DNA of 52,807 nt, counting the filler, from Dimargaris cristalligena (Eukaryota): the NCBI GenBank assembly GCA_003614675.1. It is 2 parts of 2 records of this genome, joined end to end, with 100 filler letters (N's around TTAATTAATTAA, not from the genome) between each part and the next. Parts side by side here need not be neighbours in the genome. Positions count along the whole stretch, not along the records: positions 1 to 26,385 come from ML002542.1; 1 more part is not named here. One strand, written 5' to 3'. The translations under genes were made by a program, and so were the position numbers. Under the pieces are notes generated by a model. That model was not told where the DNA came from, ran no database searches, and was given only the letters and a program-made list of their open reading frames with translations. This document shows positions 1-11,238 of the stretch, piece by piece. Position 1 is the first letter of the stretch; every line of letters begins with the position of its first letter.

Positions 1-396
1 TCCCCAACCCGCCGGTACCGAATGTTCCCATGACCTCCCCAGTAACCAAGCCACCAAGTTTATTAGAACAAACTCGCTCGGAACTTAATCCAAACCAGCA
101 ACGCCACCGACGTCCCCAACGTCCCCAGCCAACAATATCAAGTGACCCAGGACCACCGGTGGCTATTCCAACAATGGTATCAAGACCAGCTACTACTTTC
201 CGTCACCCCTGAATAACCTAGACCCTTGATTTATTTCCCAACATATAAATAAGGGGTAATCGCCCAACATTAATAAAGCAGACTTTTGATACCCTGTTTC
301 TTGCCTTTGAGATAGCCGATTCTTTTGCCGATTTTTACCAGACGTTTATTACTGTTTAAACTTTCCTTTTCACTATTGTCCTGCTATTGCACAACA
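1..396 (+). mobile_element. Probable 3' part of an LTR (Ty3/Gypsy-like); 5' end lies outside the window
   Basis: TATAAAT at 244-250, AATAAA at 272-277, then a T-rich tract ending ...GCACAACA at 396. This resembles the Ty3 LTR terminus ATACAACA. No coding domain or partner LTR is visible. Confidence 0.45.
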
Positions 397-401
397 TTTT
401 C

Positions 402-520
402 AGTTGTGGCCATATGTAGCTGTTTACACCGTATCCCGTTAGATCTGCGAAGTTAAGTAGTTATCAGCCAATTTAGTACTGAGGTGGGTGACCACTTGGG
501 AATAGTTGGTGCTACAACTT
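402..520 (+). rRNA. 5S rRNA gene (dispersed copy)
   Basis: AGTTGTGGCCATATGTAGC...GAAGTTAAG...TAGTACTGAGGTGGGTGACCACTTGGGAATAGTTGGTGCTACAACT. About 119 nt, helix I pairs (AGTTGTGGC/GCTACAACT), box A and box C-like motifs present, T-rich Pol III terminator follows. Confidence 0.93.
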
Positions 521-879
521 TTATATTTTTATTTTAACTGCCGGCCATGGTTGATGGTGGAATTAGCCGTATGCTGCCTAGTCCTCATTAAGCATGCAAT
601 TGTATGGGTACATTATCGCCTTAATTTAATCCCTTTTTCAGTGAAAGCAGTATAGTATCTGTTCGAACTTCCTCAATTGAGATATATACGTTAGTATCAA
701 GTCAATCGATAGCGACATCTTTATTTCTATAAAACATAATTTATATACTGATTTTAATTGAATGGAAGCCCAGAGAGGCCCCACGTACCCAGAAAGGTAA
801 CGGGGGGAGGTCTTATATTTGAACAGGGGGTGGGACTCCCCGCCCCCAGGCAAATCTATGGTTCCGCAGTCAGGCGTAT

Positions 880-1491
880 TTAGATGTGGGATTTGAACAG
901 GAGTTTGTTTTCACGGGAAGCGGTTTGGTATTCCTTGACCAAGTTCGAGATGGCCTTAAAGTTGGGGTGTTTTGAGTCCCCAGTCAACTGGAAGAGCATG
1001 GACTCGGACGACGTGACAAAGGCGCCCGATTGCTTAAGGCGTTCCAATGCCAGATGGGACTCGGGGATATTCATGGACGAGATCCCGTCGGATACCAGGT
1101 GCACGTCGTAATTATTCTCCAGCAGGTCCAGGGCGGTCTGGAGCACACAGACGTGGGCTTCGATGCCCAACAGTACTATTGAGGTGATGCGCTTGGCTTC
1201 GAGCGAGGCCTGGATTTCCGGGAGGAACATGGAGAATTTGGTCTTGGGGAGCACCATTTCGGCGCTGCTCACGTCGAGTTCGGACACGGTGGGGCCGAGG
1301 CGCTGCGGGTATTGCTCGGTGATGTAGATGGGCACGGAGAGGAGCTTGGAGACTTCCATCATTTTCTTGGAGGTGGACACGAGGGACTCGATACCGTAAA
1401 TGTGTTCGCGGAAACGCTCCTGAATGTCACAAACGAAGAGGGCAGTGGTGTTGGGGCGCACGCGGCCGATGGCACGGGGAATCAGAGACAT
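880..1491 (-). CDS. Isochorismatase-family (ISOC1/ISOC2-like) cysteine hydrolase, 203 aa
   Basis: Motifs TALFVCDIQERFR, ITEQYPQRLGPTV, KTKFSM, LLGIEAHVCVLQTALDLL, TSSESMLFQL; intronless ORF. Confidence 0.93.
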   Translation of the reverse strand: MSLIPRAIGRVRPNTTALFVCDIQERFREHIYGIESLVSTSKKMMEVSKLLSVPIYITEQYPQRLGPTVSELDVSSAEMVLPKTKFSMFLPEIQASLEAKRITSIVLLGIEAHVCVLQTALDLLENNYDVHLVSDGISSMNIPESHLALERLKQSGAFVTSSESMLFQLTGDSKHPNFKAISNLVKEYQTASRENKLLFKSHI

Positions 1492-3166
1492 GGTGGTGGT
1501 ATTAGGATTAGATGGAAAGGGAATGAGCTATTGGGAACAGGGTAAAGGGGAAATCTAGTCGGAAGAAGTAAGAAGAACTAGGGGCGATATGGTGAAACCA
1601 ACGAAGCAATAAAGGTGGGGTGGGGTTGGAGGAATAAAGGCGTAGAGAAGGGTGTATATATGGTGCGAGTAGGGTGCGTGGGGGGGAGTGCTTTGTCTTG
1701 GAGTAGCACGCTTCCTCCCCGCACTTTCCCCCATTTCACCCAGAACTATTGTGCTAAATTATATTGCCGCCATTAGGTGCTGTTACCGGGCCCCCCTCGT
1801 ATCACTACTAGAATAGCCCTGTTGGCCCCCCATACCAATTGGACGTTTTGTCAGCGAGACCAGGCCCTCTTATTCCTACGGAAGCTCGGCCACTCAGCAG
1901 TCACAAAGCATGGCTTGGTTAGAATCTGCAGGGACTGTTATTGGAGGGAGAAGACGCCTTCACTCACCATTGAGAATCTCTCTTTCGTAATGTCCGTTAT
2001 CTCCATTCTGCTGGAATCGTGAGGCGTTTGCGTATTTATTTGAAGCTAACAGTGTATACTACGATATGACCTTGGTAAGGAGACGTATTATCCAAGCCAC
2101 TCTTATCTACAATGTGTTTTCTAGGCCGCGCTATATCTGTTGAATGAATAATGAATGATGCGCGGATAAAACCCCTTTTGCTGACAGAGGCTCTAACGTA
2201 TAGAGCAAAGTGCCAAGTCTACGATAGTTATAATATGGTAGCGGGATGAAAGAGTGGTGGGTATTATCAATCACGTGATAAAAATATGACGGGGGCTGTC
2301 CTTAAAATAGTTCCCATGGACAACCGGAATTTCCCACCCTTTCTTATCTTAGGCTGTAACGTGAAAATATATCCTTCGTGTAAAAATGCCACAGATTTCA
2401 TTTACATGATGCAACAGTTTTTGAATTCTGTTCACCAGTGGCAGCGGTACCTAATACCAATTTGTTTGGGACGCCTATTTTTTTTTAAAGCAAGAGCCAT
2501 TTATACAGGGCTCTTATCCCACTGTATTCCAGTCGGTACTTGGGAGAAGCAGAGAAAGAACAGGACCGCCTTAATTAACGGAACAGGCCCCTGGTACCTA
2601 CCTACCAGCGACTGTAAAACTAATATAAATTAAAAGCCTATCAGCCACCTGACCAATCGACAAGTTGATTAGGCTGGGCCTTTATGCCCAGAATTATACT
2701 ATAAGCCTACAACTCGGCAACTAAGAATTAACTTATAATACGTCGTGATATATTGACCATCTTTCCAGGTTTTTGCTAAGATCGGCTTCAGCCATCATTT
2801 CTAGTGTCACGGTTATACGCCAGGTTCGCTATAATACGACAAGTATCCGCCAGCCCTAGTGACCATGGTCTTCTAGCGCTACACTCTCTTAGCTTTATTA
2901 GTCCATACACACACACAATATATAGTTAAATATAACATATCTACAGCTCCTCCCACTCAAAAAGATACACCACACTGACATTTTTCCGACCTCAGCTATA
3001 TTTTTTTTGCCTTTTTCTTTTCTCCATAGTTTCCTTTTTATTGGTGACACATTCTTGCTCGCATTTACGCATTTGTCAATCTTTGCCTGACTCTCCTATT
3101 TTTACAAGTGTTCCCTTCGCCCGAATCACAATTTAGGCTTTTCCTTTTATTCTACGCCGTTTGGTC

Positions 3167-5718
3167 ATGGACGACAGTGATTTTGAGTACAATTACTCCG
3201 CCAACGGAACGGGATTCGAGTCCGACCACTTCAATAGCGCATCGTAAGTCAATATAAAAGGCCACAAGAGAGCCATTCGGCTAATCTCCCAATATTTCCC
3301 GCCCCCCTGCCTTTTCCACTCTATAGTAGTGCTCTCTATCTCGCTCTCTTTCTCCTTATACATTCACACCCCTCCCCGCTCCCCCATATATCCCCTTCTT
3401 GAATTCAGTCCATGGGGGCCAACTAGGCCCACCTAGCTCACGCCACTTACCTAAATCCTTTTGCATTGCCGCATACCTACACCCGAAACTCCACGATTAC
3501 CCCGGTGGACCGACCCTTCGCAGCGAATCCGAAGGCCTAGACAGTGAGGAAGAAGATGCTCTGATTGGCCAAATCTATTTCCGGAGTATTCCCCGGGCCA
3601 GTACATCGCAGACCCCGAGCCACCGCCTAGATTCCGACCAGCGATCGACTCCGGCCCCGGCCGATACCGAGCTAAACCTAAATCCCGCCTCTCCGGTTTC
3701 CCCCACCGACCCCGAATCATCCACGAAACTGCTACCCACTCCGAAGTCCGTACTCAACCAAACGAATGGTGGTGGTGATAATGATGATGATGATGATGAT
3801 GATGTACCACCCTCCGACGGTAATGCCAATTCCAGTGACTATGCATCCGATACTAATGCCCCTGGGGAGTACCTTATGGAGCAGTCCATCACGTTGGATG
3901 TGGATGCCGAAATGCGGATGGAACCTCCCCAGAAGAAACGCAAACCGTCCGGGGATGATGATGGATCCGAAACCGACCCCGCAAATGCCGACTATACGAT
4001 GGAATTTGATGCCCCCGTGGCTAATGTAAGTCTTATATATATATGGGTATATTCCCCACATCGATTTTCACAATATAAATGTTGGATCTATTGGTGATCC
4101 AGGCTATTTACATACATCTCTCCACCCAACACCCCTGCCCCTGTGTGCGAATTATCGAACAAAGATGTAAGTCGCTCTTTCCTGGATGGTCCGTCTTTAT
4201 ACCCACGCTAACCCAGGCTGTATACACTCGTGTATTTTTAACATTACTTGTTAACCGTCGAGTAGGAACTTGTGCGCTACCACATCGAACATGTTAATAA
4301 GAAGAAACAGTTCTGTACCAAATGTAAAGCTCTTGGCCACGATGTAAAAAAATGCCCAAGTGCAATGGTAGGTTTATCTTTTTTCCTTCACATTTATTTA
4401 TACATGGCATAATCCATTCCGCCTTTCTCATTTTTATCACCAGGTGAGCTGTCTGTCGATTGTTAATGGTCGAAATAGGCACTCTCTTAGGACACCATAG
4501 CCCAGCCCCAAAGTAAACCTAGAGATTAATAACTAGTCTACCATGTGCTCACGCACTTGCCTTTTTTGATACGTCATAAATCTCTGGTATGATGAAAACC
4601 TTATCCGCATTTTACCCTTCGGACAGTGTAATGTCTGTGGAAGCCACAAACACACTGCCGCCAATTGCCCCCATTCGGGTACGACGTGTAGCCGGTGTAT
4701 GGACCGTGGCCACCTGGCCGCCAAATGTAACAACGACCGGGTCCGGCCGAAGAATTGCCCACGCTGCCGCCGCCCGATCCATTTGGAACAAAACTGTCCC
4801 ACCCTGTGGCGTAAATTCACGTTCAAGCCCACCATCACGCCAGCCGTCCTCTCCGATCTGGCCCGGCAGTACCGCAATCGGTCCTTCAATGTACCCATTT
4901 TCTGCTACCGGTGTGGACGTGCCGGCCATTTTGGCGACGACTGTGATGCCCCTGAGCCCCGGGATTCGTCCGGAATGGCTCGGCGGGATACTATGGTATT
5001 CAATTACGACGAATATACGTCTTTCAATGACCATGCCCTGTGGTCGCTGGCTTTTAAACAGGCCCCCGGGTCCACGTACCACCGGTCGTCGTCGGATAGT
5101 AGTCACCGGCCCCAGTCCTATCGGTCCTCAGCCTCAAATGGGCGGCGGCCATATCCGGAACCATCGAACCAAAGATCCACTGCCGCTTCTCGTTCCACCT
5201 CAAATTCAACGTCGAACTCGAATTCAAACTGGAACTCAAACGGAAACTCAAAGTCAAACTCGTACTCCAACGCAAAGTCAAACTCAACCCCTACCCCCTC
5301 CTCCTCCTCCATCAAGGGTGGATCCCAATCAGATCGTCGTGGTACCCAGAGTTATCCGAGTAAGAAACGAGGGCGATCCGACCTTCCGGCCAGTTCCAAC
5401 CGGAACTGCGGCAACGAGCAGAAGAAACCCCCAGGGAATAAAAAACCAAGTGGACCGTCGAAACCGACCAGTGGCCCACCGCCCAGCAAAAAAACGAAGC
5501 CCAACCAGCCGGAATTCGCCTTTCAGTTCGGGACCCTACCCGACGGGAAATCGGAGAACAATAACAGGGGTCGGCCCAAGGGTGGTGCCCCAGCTACTAC
5601 AGCAGGTAAAGACAAGGGGACTTTCCAGTTCAAGGGAGCGGCGGCGGCGGAGGCAGCAGCGGTAGCAGCAGCAGCAGCAGCAACAACCACAAATGCCAAC
5701 GGGTCTTCGAAGAGCTAG
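3167..5718 (+). CDS. AIR1: Air1/Air2 (ZCCHC7)-type five-zinc-knuckle TRAMP subunit; model join(3167..3243,3437..4025,4266..4367,4627..5718), ~619 aa
   Basis: Five CX2CX4HX4C knuckles after splicing: CTKCKALGHDVKKC, CNVCGSHKHTAANC, CSRCMDRGHLAAKC, CPRCRRPIHLEQNC, CYRCGRAGHFGDDC. CPTLWRKF follows knuckle 4 (the Air IWRxY motif). GT-AG junctions keep frame; the 5' exons are less certain. Confidence 0.8.
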
Positions 5719-8053
5719 CTGGTTTGCTGGATCACAATAGATCATTAGATGATTGACCTGAAGTTTGACAATTACCCTGTCTTAATAAAACCTCAAATCC
5801 CCGCACTCCCCCCCCCCGGTAAAGTCCGAGAATCCAATCTATTGCCACGTTTTAAATAATATGGTGTGCTCTAGGCCGCTGGTCATGCGGATAATAAACC
5901 ACCAGTTAAGAGAACCAACGTGTGGTTGTCAATGAATTAGGCACGACGGGACCAACTAGAAAGCAAGTACCTCCACAGTGAATGTATTGTGGATTTTCCA
6001 AAAATATCTATATCATATAAATAATCAAAATTGATTTGAACCCCATTTATTACATTATAAGTTTCTCACTGTCCAACTAGCCAGCACTGGTTAATTTATT
6101 TGACTGTCCATCGGAATAATTGCAACAAAACTATCACTTGGCCATTTATTATCGGGATAGTCGCAAGCCTTACCAAATTTTTCTAAGCTCATCAAGGAGC
6201 TATATAATAAACATAGGGAAACTAGATATGCCCCTTTCTTTATTCTCGCTATATCCGTAAGATTGGTAAACAATAGGGAAGCTACAGAGACTCTGCCCAC
6301 ATTAATAGAGGCAGGCAATAACGAATAGATAAAATACGATACTGGCAACTTGTCTATTTTAAAATACTTTTGCGTTGCATTCAATGGTGATGTGTCTTTG
6401 GTGCTAGTGCTGCACATCTCAGTTCGTACAAATTATACAGTTTATATTGCTTCAGGAGGTATGTGAGGTATTCAGGCACTTAGCGCTTAAGTTGTTGTTT
6501 TTTCATCAGGATAAGTCCCGCAAATAGCAGATGGGGTATTACATTAGGAGGATACTACTTGGGTATCTGTACACGGTTGGCTATTCATTAAATTAAGGAG
6601 TAGAACCATTACTGTCTCTTTCGCTGGGAAAAGGACCGTCTCTAAAATGAAAATGCGGATTTTTCTAGCCAAGGGGTTGTTGCCTATCCCCTACCACCCC
6701 GCTTCCCCAACCCCCCCCCCTCATAGATTTCGTTGCGTGTTGGACCAAGTGTCGTAAACCTTTAGTCTTGTAATTTCATCTACTCTAGCTGAGATTAGAA
6801 GCGTATATCCCAAACATCCATTTATGATGTTTAGAGTATATCCTGGGGAACGGACCACTCATAATGTAACCCATTTTCGTATTACACTGCGTTAGGCAAA
6901 ACATCTACCATCCATGTGGATGCAGCACACAAATCGCTGCCATTATTTCCTCAGGTGTTTCTTGGATAAAAGAGTGAACACAAGCATGTGATCGCATAAT
7001 AGACTTGGCATCCTCTAATTAGCAAGCCTCCATAAGATTTTGCCCAAGTAGTTGCTAAGGACCATTTCCGGCTTAGTATTTGAATGCAAACGCACGACTA
7101 AACAGAACACTGACCAGGTTCGAGAGGGCCACGATAAATTTTATACCAATTAGTGGGTGCAACAGTGCCCTCGCATATTTATAGGTAATGCATACTCAGC
7201 CAGGAGGATTGCGTGTTAGGTTAGATCATTACCAAGGCCACGATGGTTTAAATGGCAACTACAGCCAAGCGAATAGGTGGGGAACCCCAAGAGCATAGTT
7301 TAGCATCAGCCATGGTATATGGCCACTAGCTGCTGTCAATTAGTAACACCCGTGTAATTGTTAAAGGAGTGCATTAGTGGAAGTTGCCGGCTGGCTATAC
7401 CATCGTATGCGACATGAACCGAGTGAATTTCCACTATCCTTTAGCCTAGCATAAAAAATAATAACATATCCCAATATTCTCCAATTCCCCAATAGAATGG
7501 GCAGCATTGGGCCTGTAGCTTGATGATTGAACTCAGGCGGAAAGGCTGGATGACTAACCTGCCTATATTTATAAAGAAAGTGCTAGTTTCAGTTAGATCC
7601 AGAAAATCAACAAATGTGACTGCCTCTGTGCCTTGACTACATTTTCCAACAATTAAATTTCCAGCAATAACATAATAATTCAACGAATCGATTTTAGACC
7701 ATCCTGGTATATGCATTTGGTAGTTCAAAAAGGGACACACACATGTAAGTCTGTGTATTTGTGCTCTTTACTAATGGTAGTTGAGGAAGAAGCAGTTATA
7801 GTGAAGTGGCAGGGGGTTAGTAGCGAAGAAACGGGGGAGGGGGGTAAATGGACAACATGGGAGGAAAGGGAGGAGGAAGGTGGGGGGAGGGAAGGAGATA
7901 AATGCCGAGTCTGGTCATTGCTAGCGAAGAGGCCACACACATTAATAAGGAGGTAACACATACATAAAGAAACACAGACACACATATACGCGCGCACACG
8001 CCCCCTCTTTCTCGACAGAAAAGGGAGAATAAGCAAAAAATATGGAATTCTTT

Positions 8054-8653
8054 TTAACGGTTGGACTTGGCAACACGTTCCAGTTCGTCCTTCTTCTTGA
8101 TGGCGTAGCTGTTGGAAGAACCCTTGGCGGCGTTGATGAGCTCATCGGCGAGGCATTCGGCGATGGTCTTCACGTTACGGAAGGCGGCTTCACGGGCACC
8201 AGTGGTGAGCAGGTAGATAGCCTGGTTGACGCGACGGAGGGGGGACACATCGACGGCCTGACGACGGACGGTACCAGCGGAACCAATACGGGTGGAGTCT
8301 TCACGGGGACCGGTGTTGGTGATGGCATCGACAACAACCTGGACGGGGTTCTGTTCGGTGAGCAGGTGGATGATCTCGAAAGCGTGCTTGATGATACGGA
8401 CGGCCATCAGCTTCTTACCGGTGTTGCGACCGTGCATCATGAGCGAGTTGGTCAGACGCTCCACAATGGGGCACTGGGCCTTGCGGAACTTCTTGGCGGC
8501 ATAGCGGCCGGCGGTGTGGGGCAGGTACACCGGGTGGCGGATCTGCAGGTAGTCGGTCAGGGAAATGTCCTTGATTTCGACATCCTCGAAAGACCACTTG
8601 TTGAACAGGCGGACGGTGCCGGTTTCCGATCTAGCTTCCTCAGGGAGAACCAT
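8054..8653 (-). CDS. RPS5: 40S ribosomal protein S5 (uS7)
   Basis: [57 protein letters not shown]; strong codon bias. Confidence 0.98.
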   Translation of the reverse strand: MVLPEEARSETGTVRLFNKWSFEDVEIKDISLTDYLQIRHPVYLPHTAGRYAAKKFRKAQCPIVERLTNSLMMHGRNTGKKLMAVRIIKHAFEIIHLLTEQNPVQVVVDAITNTGPREDSTRIGSAGTVRRQAVDVSPLRRVNQAIYLLTTGAREAAFRNVKTIAECLADELINAAKGSSNSYAIKKKDELERVAKSNR

Positions 8654-8666
8654 GTTGACTACTTAA

Positions 8667-9428
8667 CTAAAGGTAGCGGTAGTAGGTGAAAGTTGGTGGA
8701 GGGGAAAAGTTGTTGGTAAAAGCGGAAGGAATCGTGAATGGGCCAGGTGAATTCGACAATTGAAAATCGGCGATGGGAATGAGCCAAAAAGCGACCCGAA
8801 TTAAGTCAACGGACAAAATGTATGGTATAGAGTGGATAGAAAAGTGCAGAGTAGAGTTAGTACTATATCATAGGCTCGAATAGATGGATGGATGGATTAT
8901 ATCCTACGAAGCAGGCGTAAGACTCCGGGACAATGGTTTCATAAGGCTCGCAGTTTGCCCAAATGCATCGTGTTCGTCTCGGCCAACTATCGTCGAGATT
9001 GTCCCCGTCGGCTGTTTTCATCGTTTTCCGTGGTCGTTCCCCCTCTGAAGAGGACACCCCTGGTCCACTCCACAACTGCTCGCTGAAACCATCAATACAC
9101 CCAAACGCCGAATCCACAATTCTCATCCACTTGCTTTCCATCCGTGTATAGTCGTAGTGGCACGACTAAGCCAGGGGTGGCCAGTTCGGCAGCGGAATAG
9201 TGGTTCGATGACTTGGTGAGAGTTTCGCTAAATCGACCAGTCAACCAACTAGTGGGTTAGATGGATGGATGGATGGTTGCGGTTAGAGTTGATTGAGCCA
9301 ACGGAGAGCAACTTGGGTTTTTCATGCGTCAACTACGGAACAATGCCGACAACAATGACGGATGGACGGAGACGGTTCACGAATACACTGGACAGACTCG
9401 TAAAGATTGGGCTTGGGGTCGTACATAC
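8667..9428 (-). other. Predicted 762-nt 5'-UTR intron of RPS5
   Basis: Minus-strand GTATGT donor at 9428 after a CT-rich leader; pyrimidine tract and TTAG acceptor at 8667, 13 nt before the ATG. Confidence 0.6.
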
Positions 9429-9937
9429 CACTGGGCGTTTGCTGGGATAAAGACAACGAGCAAAACTAGAGAGTAAGAGAGAGAGAACCTGACTTGCCCA
9501 CTTGAGAAATCATATTTATCACATTGTCATTGCCTCCTTCACAATAGTGGGGGCAATTGGTTGTATGCGTGTTTACCAGTTTAGCTCATACCGCCCACGC
9601 TCTCCCCCTTTCTACAAAATATGGTGGATATAGTGACGATGGATATATGCGTTGTAGCCCACTGTCACAACATTATCGAGCTCTATGGGGAGCGTGGTGG
9701 TAATTTCACCTATCCCACAACTATGGGAAATTATTTATGCCCAAAACTCCCATTCATTCCAGAATATATAATCACGTGACTGGCCCACTCCAGCCTTCCT
9801 ACCATTCGGTAAGCACTAGACCTAATAGTGCACACACCCCGCTACAAGCCATAATAGAGGCACTCCTATACCCCAAGATATCGAATGGTAAATATTTATT
9901 TTCTGATAACCCGGATGAAGAGAGGGGCAGTGTCCCT

Positions 9938-11238
9938 CTAATACACATATGTCCGAAAAATGGTAATTACGCAGAATATGAAGTCCTGAAGATGGTCGAA
10001 GGACGTGGTCGGTTAAATGCACATACCCAAAGTCGGCAAATGCGAGTTAGTTCATACACATTACATAGATCAAAATTAAGCAGTACTGGCCTTCATCATA
10101 GCAGTCAAAATGCAATAAGATAAGCCAATAGAATATATATATAAACTAATTCTAAACTTACATTACTAAACACGTCGCGGACTATGCCGTCAGTGTTCGG
10201 GTCCCATGAACATTTAGCCGCCACTCTGTATATAAAAAAGAGCACCGATAGGCCAGGGATCCGCCCGATTGAGTTAAAAGGATAATATGTGGCTGGGTTA
10301 GAGAAATAATCGACATGGGGTATACTGGGATATGGCATATATCTATTGTCGATAAAGCTACTCTATAAGTTTCGTCATAACCAGAGATAAACGTGGGTCC
10401 CGGAATAAAACCTACCTGACCCCCTCGCCTTTATTTTCGGCCAAGTCAACGGTTACAATGTATTTGTACTTGGGGTTGCCTAGATCTAGAAATCGAGGCA
10501 TCGATGATAGGGAGACTTACACGTTATAATTAGTAAAACGTTCGGCCAAAAAATAAATGCATATTATAATTCAGCCCTAATAGGATACGGTTTAGATGTG
10601 GGGGTTGAAGTTGATAATAAAACGGGGGGGAGTACGTACCTTTAAGGGCCTGGTGCACTTTGTGGCCAAGTTCATTGATCCAGCCAATGGCTTCTTCTTT
10701 ATCGTACTGTTTGCCCTTGAGATAGGATGGACTGATGTCTTGGAGGAGCTTCGTGATAGCCTGGACCTGTACTTTACTTTCACCAGGCCGGGGTGGGAGT
10801 GTTATCGGGTAATAGGTGAATAAAAGCCAAAGTACCGGGGATAAGTATTTGTTCGGGTGGGTTTGGCCCGGGATATTCGAACAAAATGGTGCTTAAAGTA
10901 GGTCGAGTAATGTTCGTTATTGACCTCGAAAGGAACTCTCCTCTCGGGGGTTAGTGCTGGAATAGGCCCTTTATACCGGGTATGGTGACCTAAGGCGGAG
11001 TCTAGCTAGCGCCCTGTGGGAAACTGAGTGGCCAACGGGGCCTTAAGGCAAGGGAATTTCGGTTACCAATCCCCCATTCGTCCCCACGGAATGGGGTACC
11101 CAGGAAGGTCAATTGAGACATGGGCACATATAGGAGTAGCGAGCGGGGGCCTGGCGCCCCTTGGATTCCGGGTAAGGCGGGAAGGGTGTCCTGGTTGACT
11201 TACTTGTCTTGGGGAGAAACCGCGGAACCACTCATCAT
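9938..11238 (-). CDS. Tctex-1-domain dynein light chain, TCTEX1D2/Tctex2-like; complement(join(9938..9985,10162..10225,10416..10485,10640..10776,11204..11238)), 117 aa
   Basis: Hand-spliced to MMSGSAVSPQDNKVQVQAITKLLQDISPSYLKGKQYDKEEAIGWINELGHKVHQALKDLGNPKYKYIVTVDLAENKGEGVRVAAKCSWDPNTDGIVRDVFSNDFIFCVITIFRTYVY. All four introns are GT-AG and in phase; the first acceptor is AAG and less certain. Confidence 0.88.

Noticed and set aside
3777-3803. (GAT)n repeat; also the GCA run near 5653-5683
   Set aside because: Ordinary coding microsatellites (poly-Asp, poly-Ala).
4589-5665. Long overlapping or antisense ORFs (358 aa here; also 8042-8689, 13836-14732, 40562-41248)
   Set aside because: Shadow frames of GC3-rich real genes with no independent motifs.
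6000-7720. AT-rich intergenic stretch with short ORFs (6091-6417, 7441-7740)
   Set aside because: No recognisable domain or splice model; it may be decayed sequence but I cannot support a call.
10060-10105. ATGATGA (C-box-like) in the last Tctex intron
   Set aside because: No downstream CTGA D box or terminal stem.
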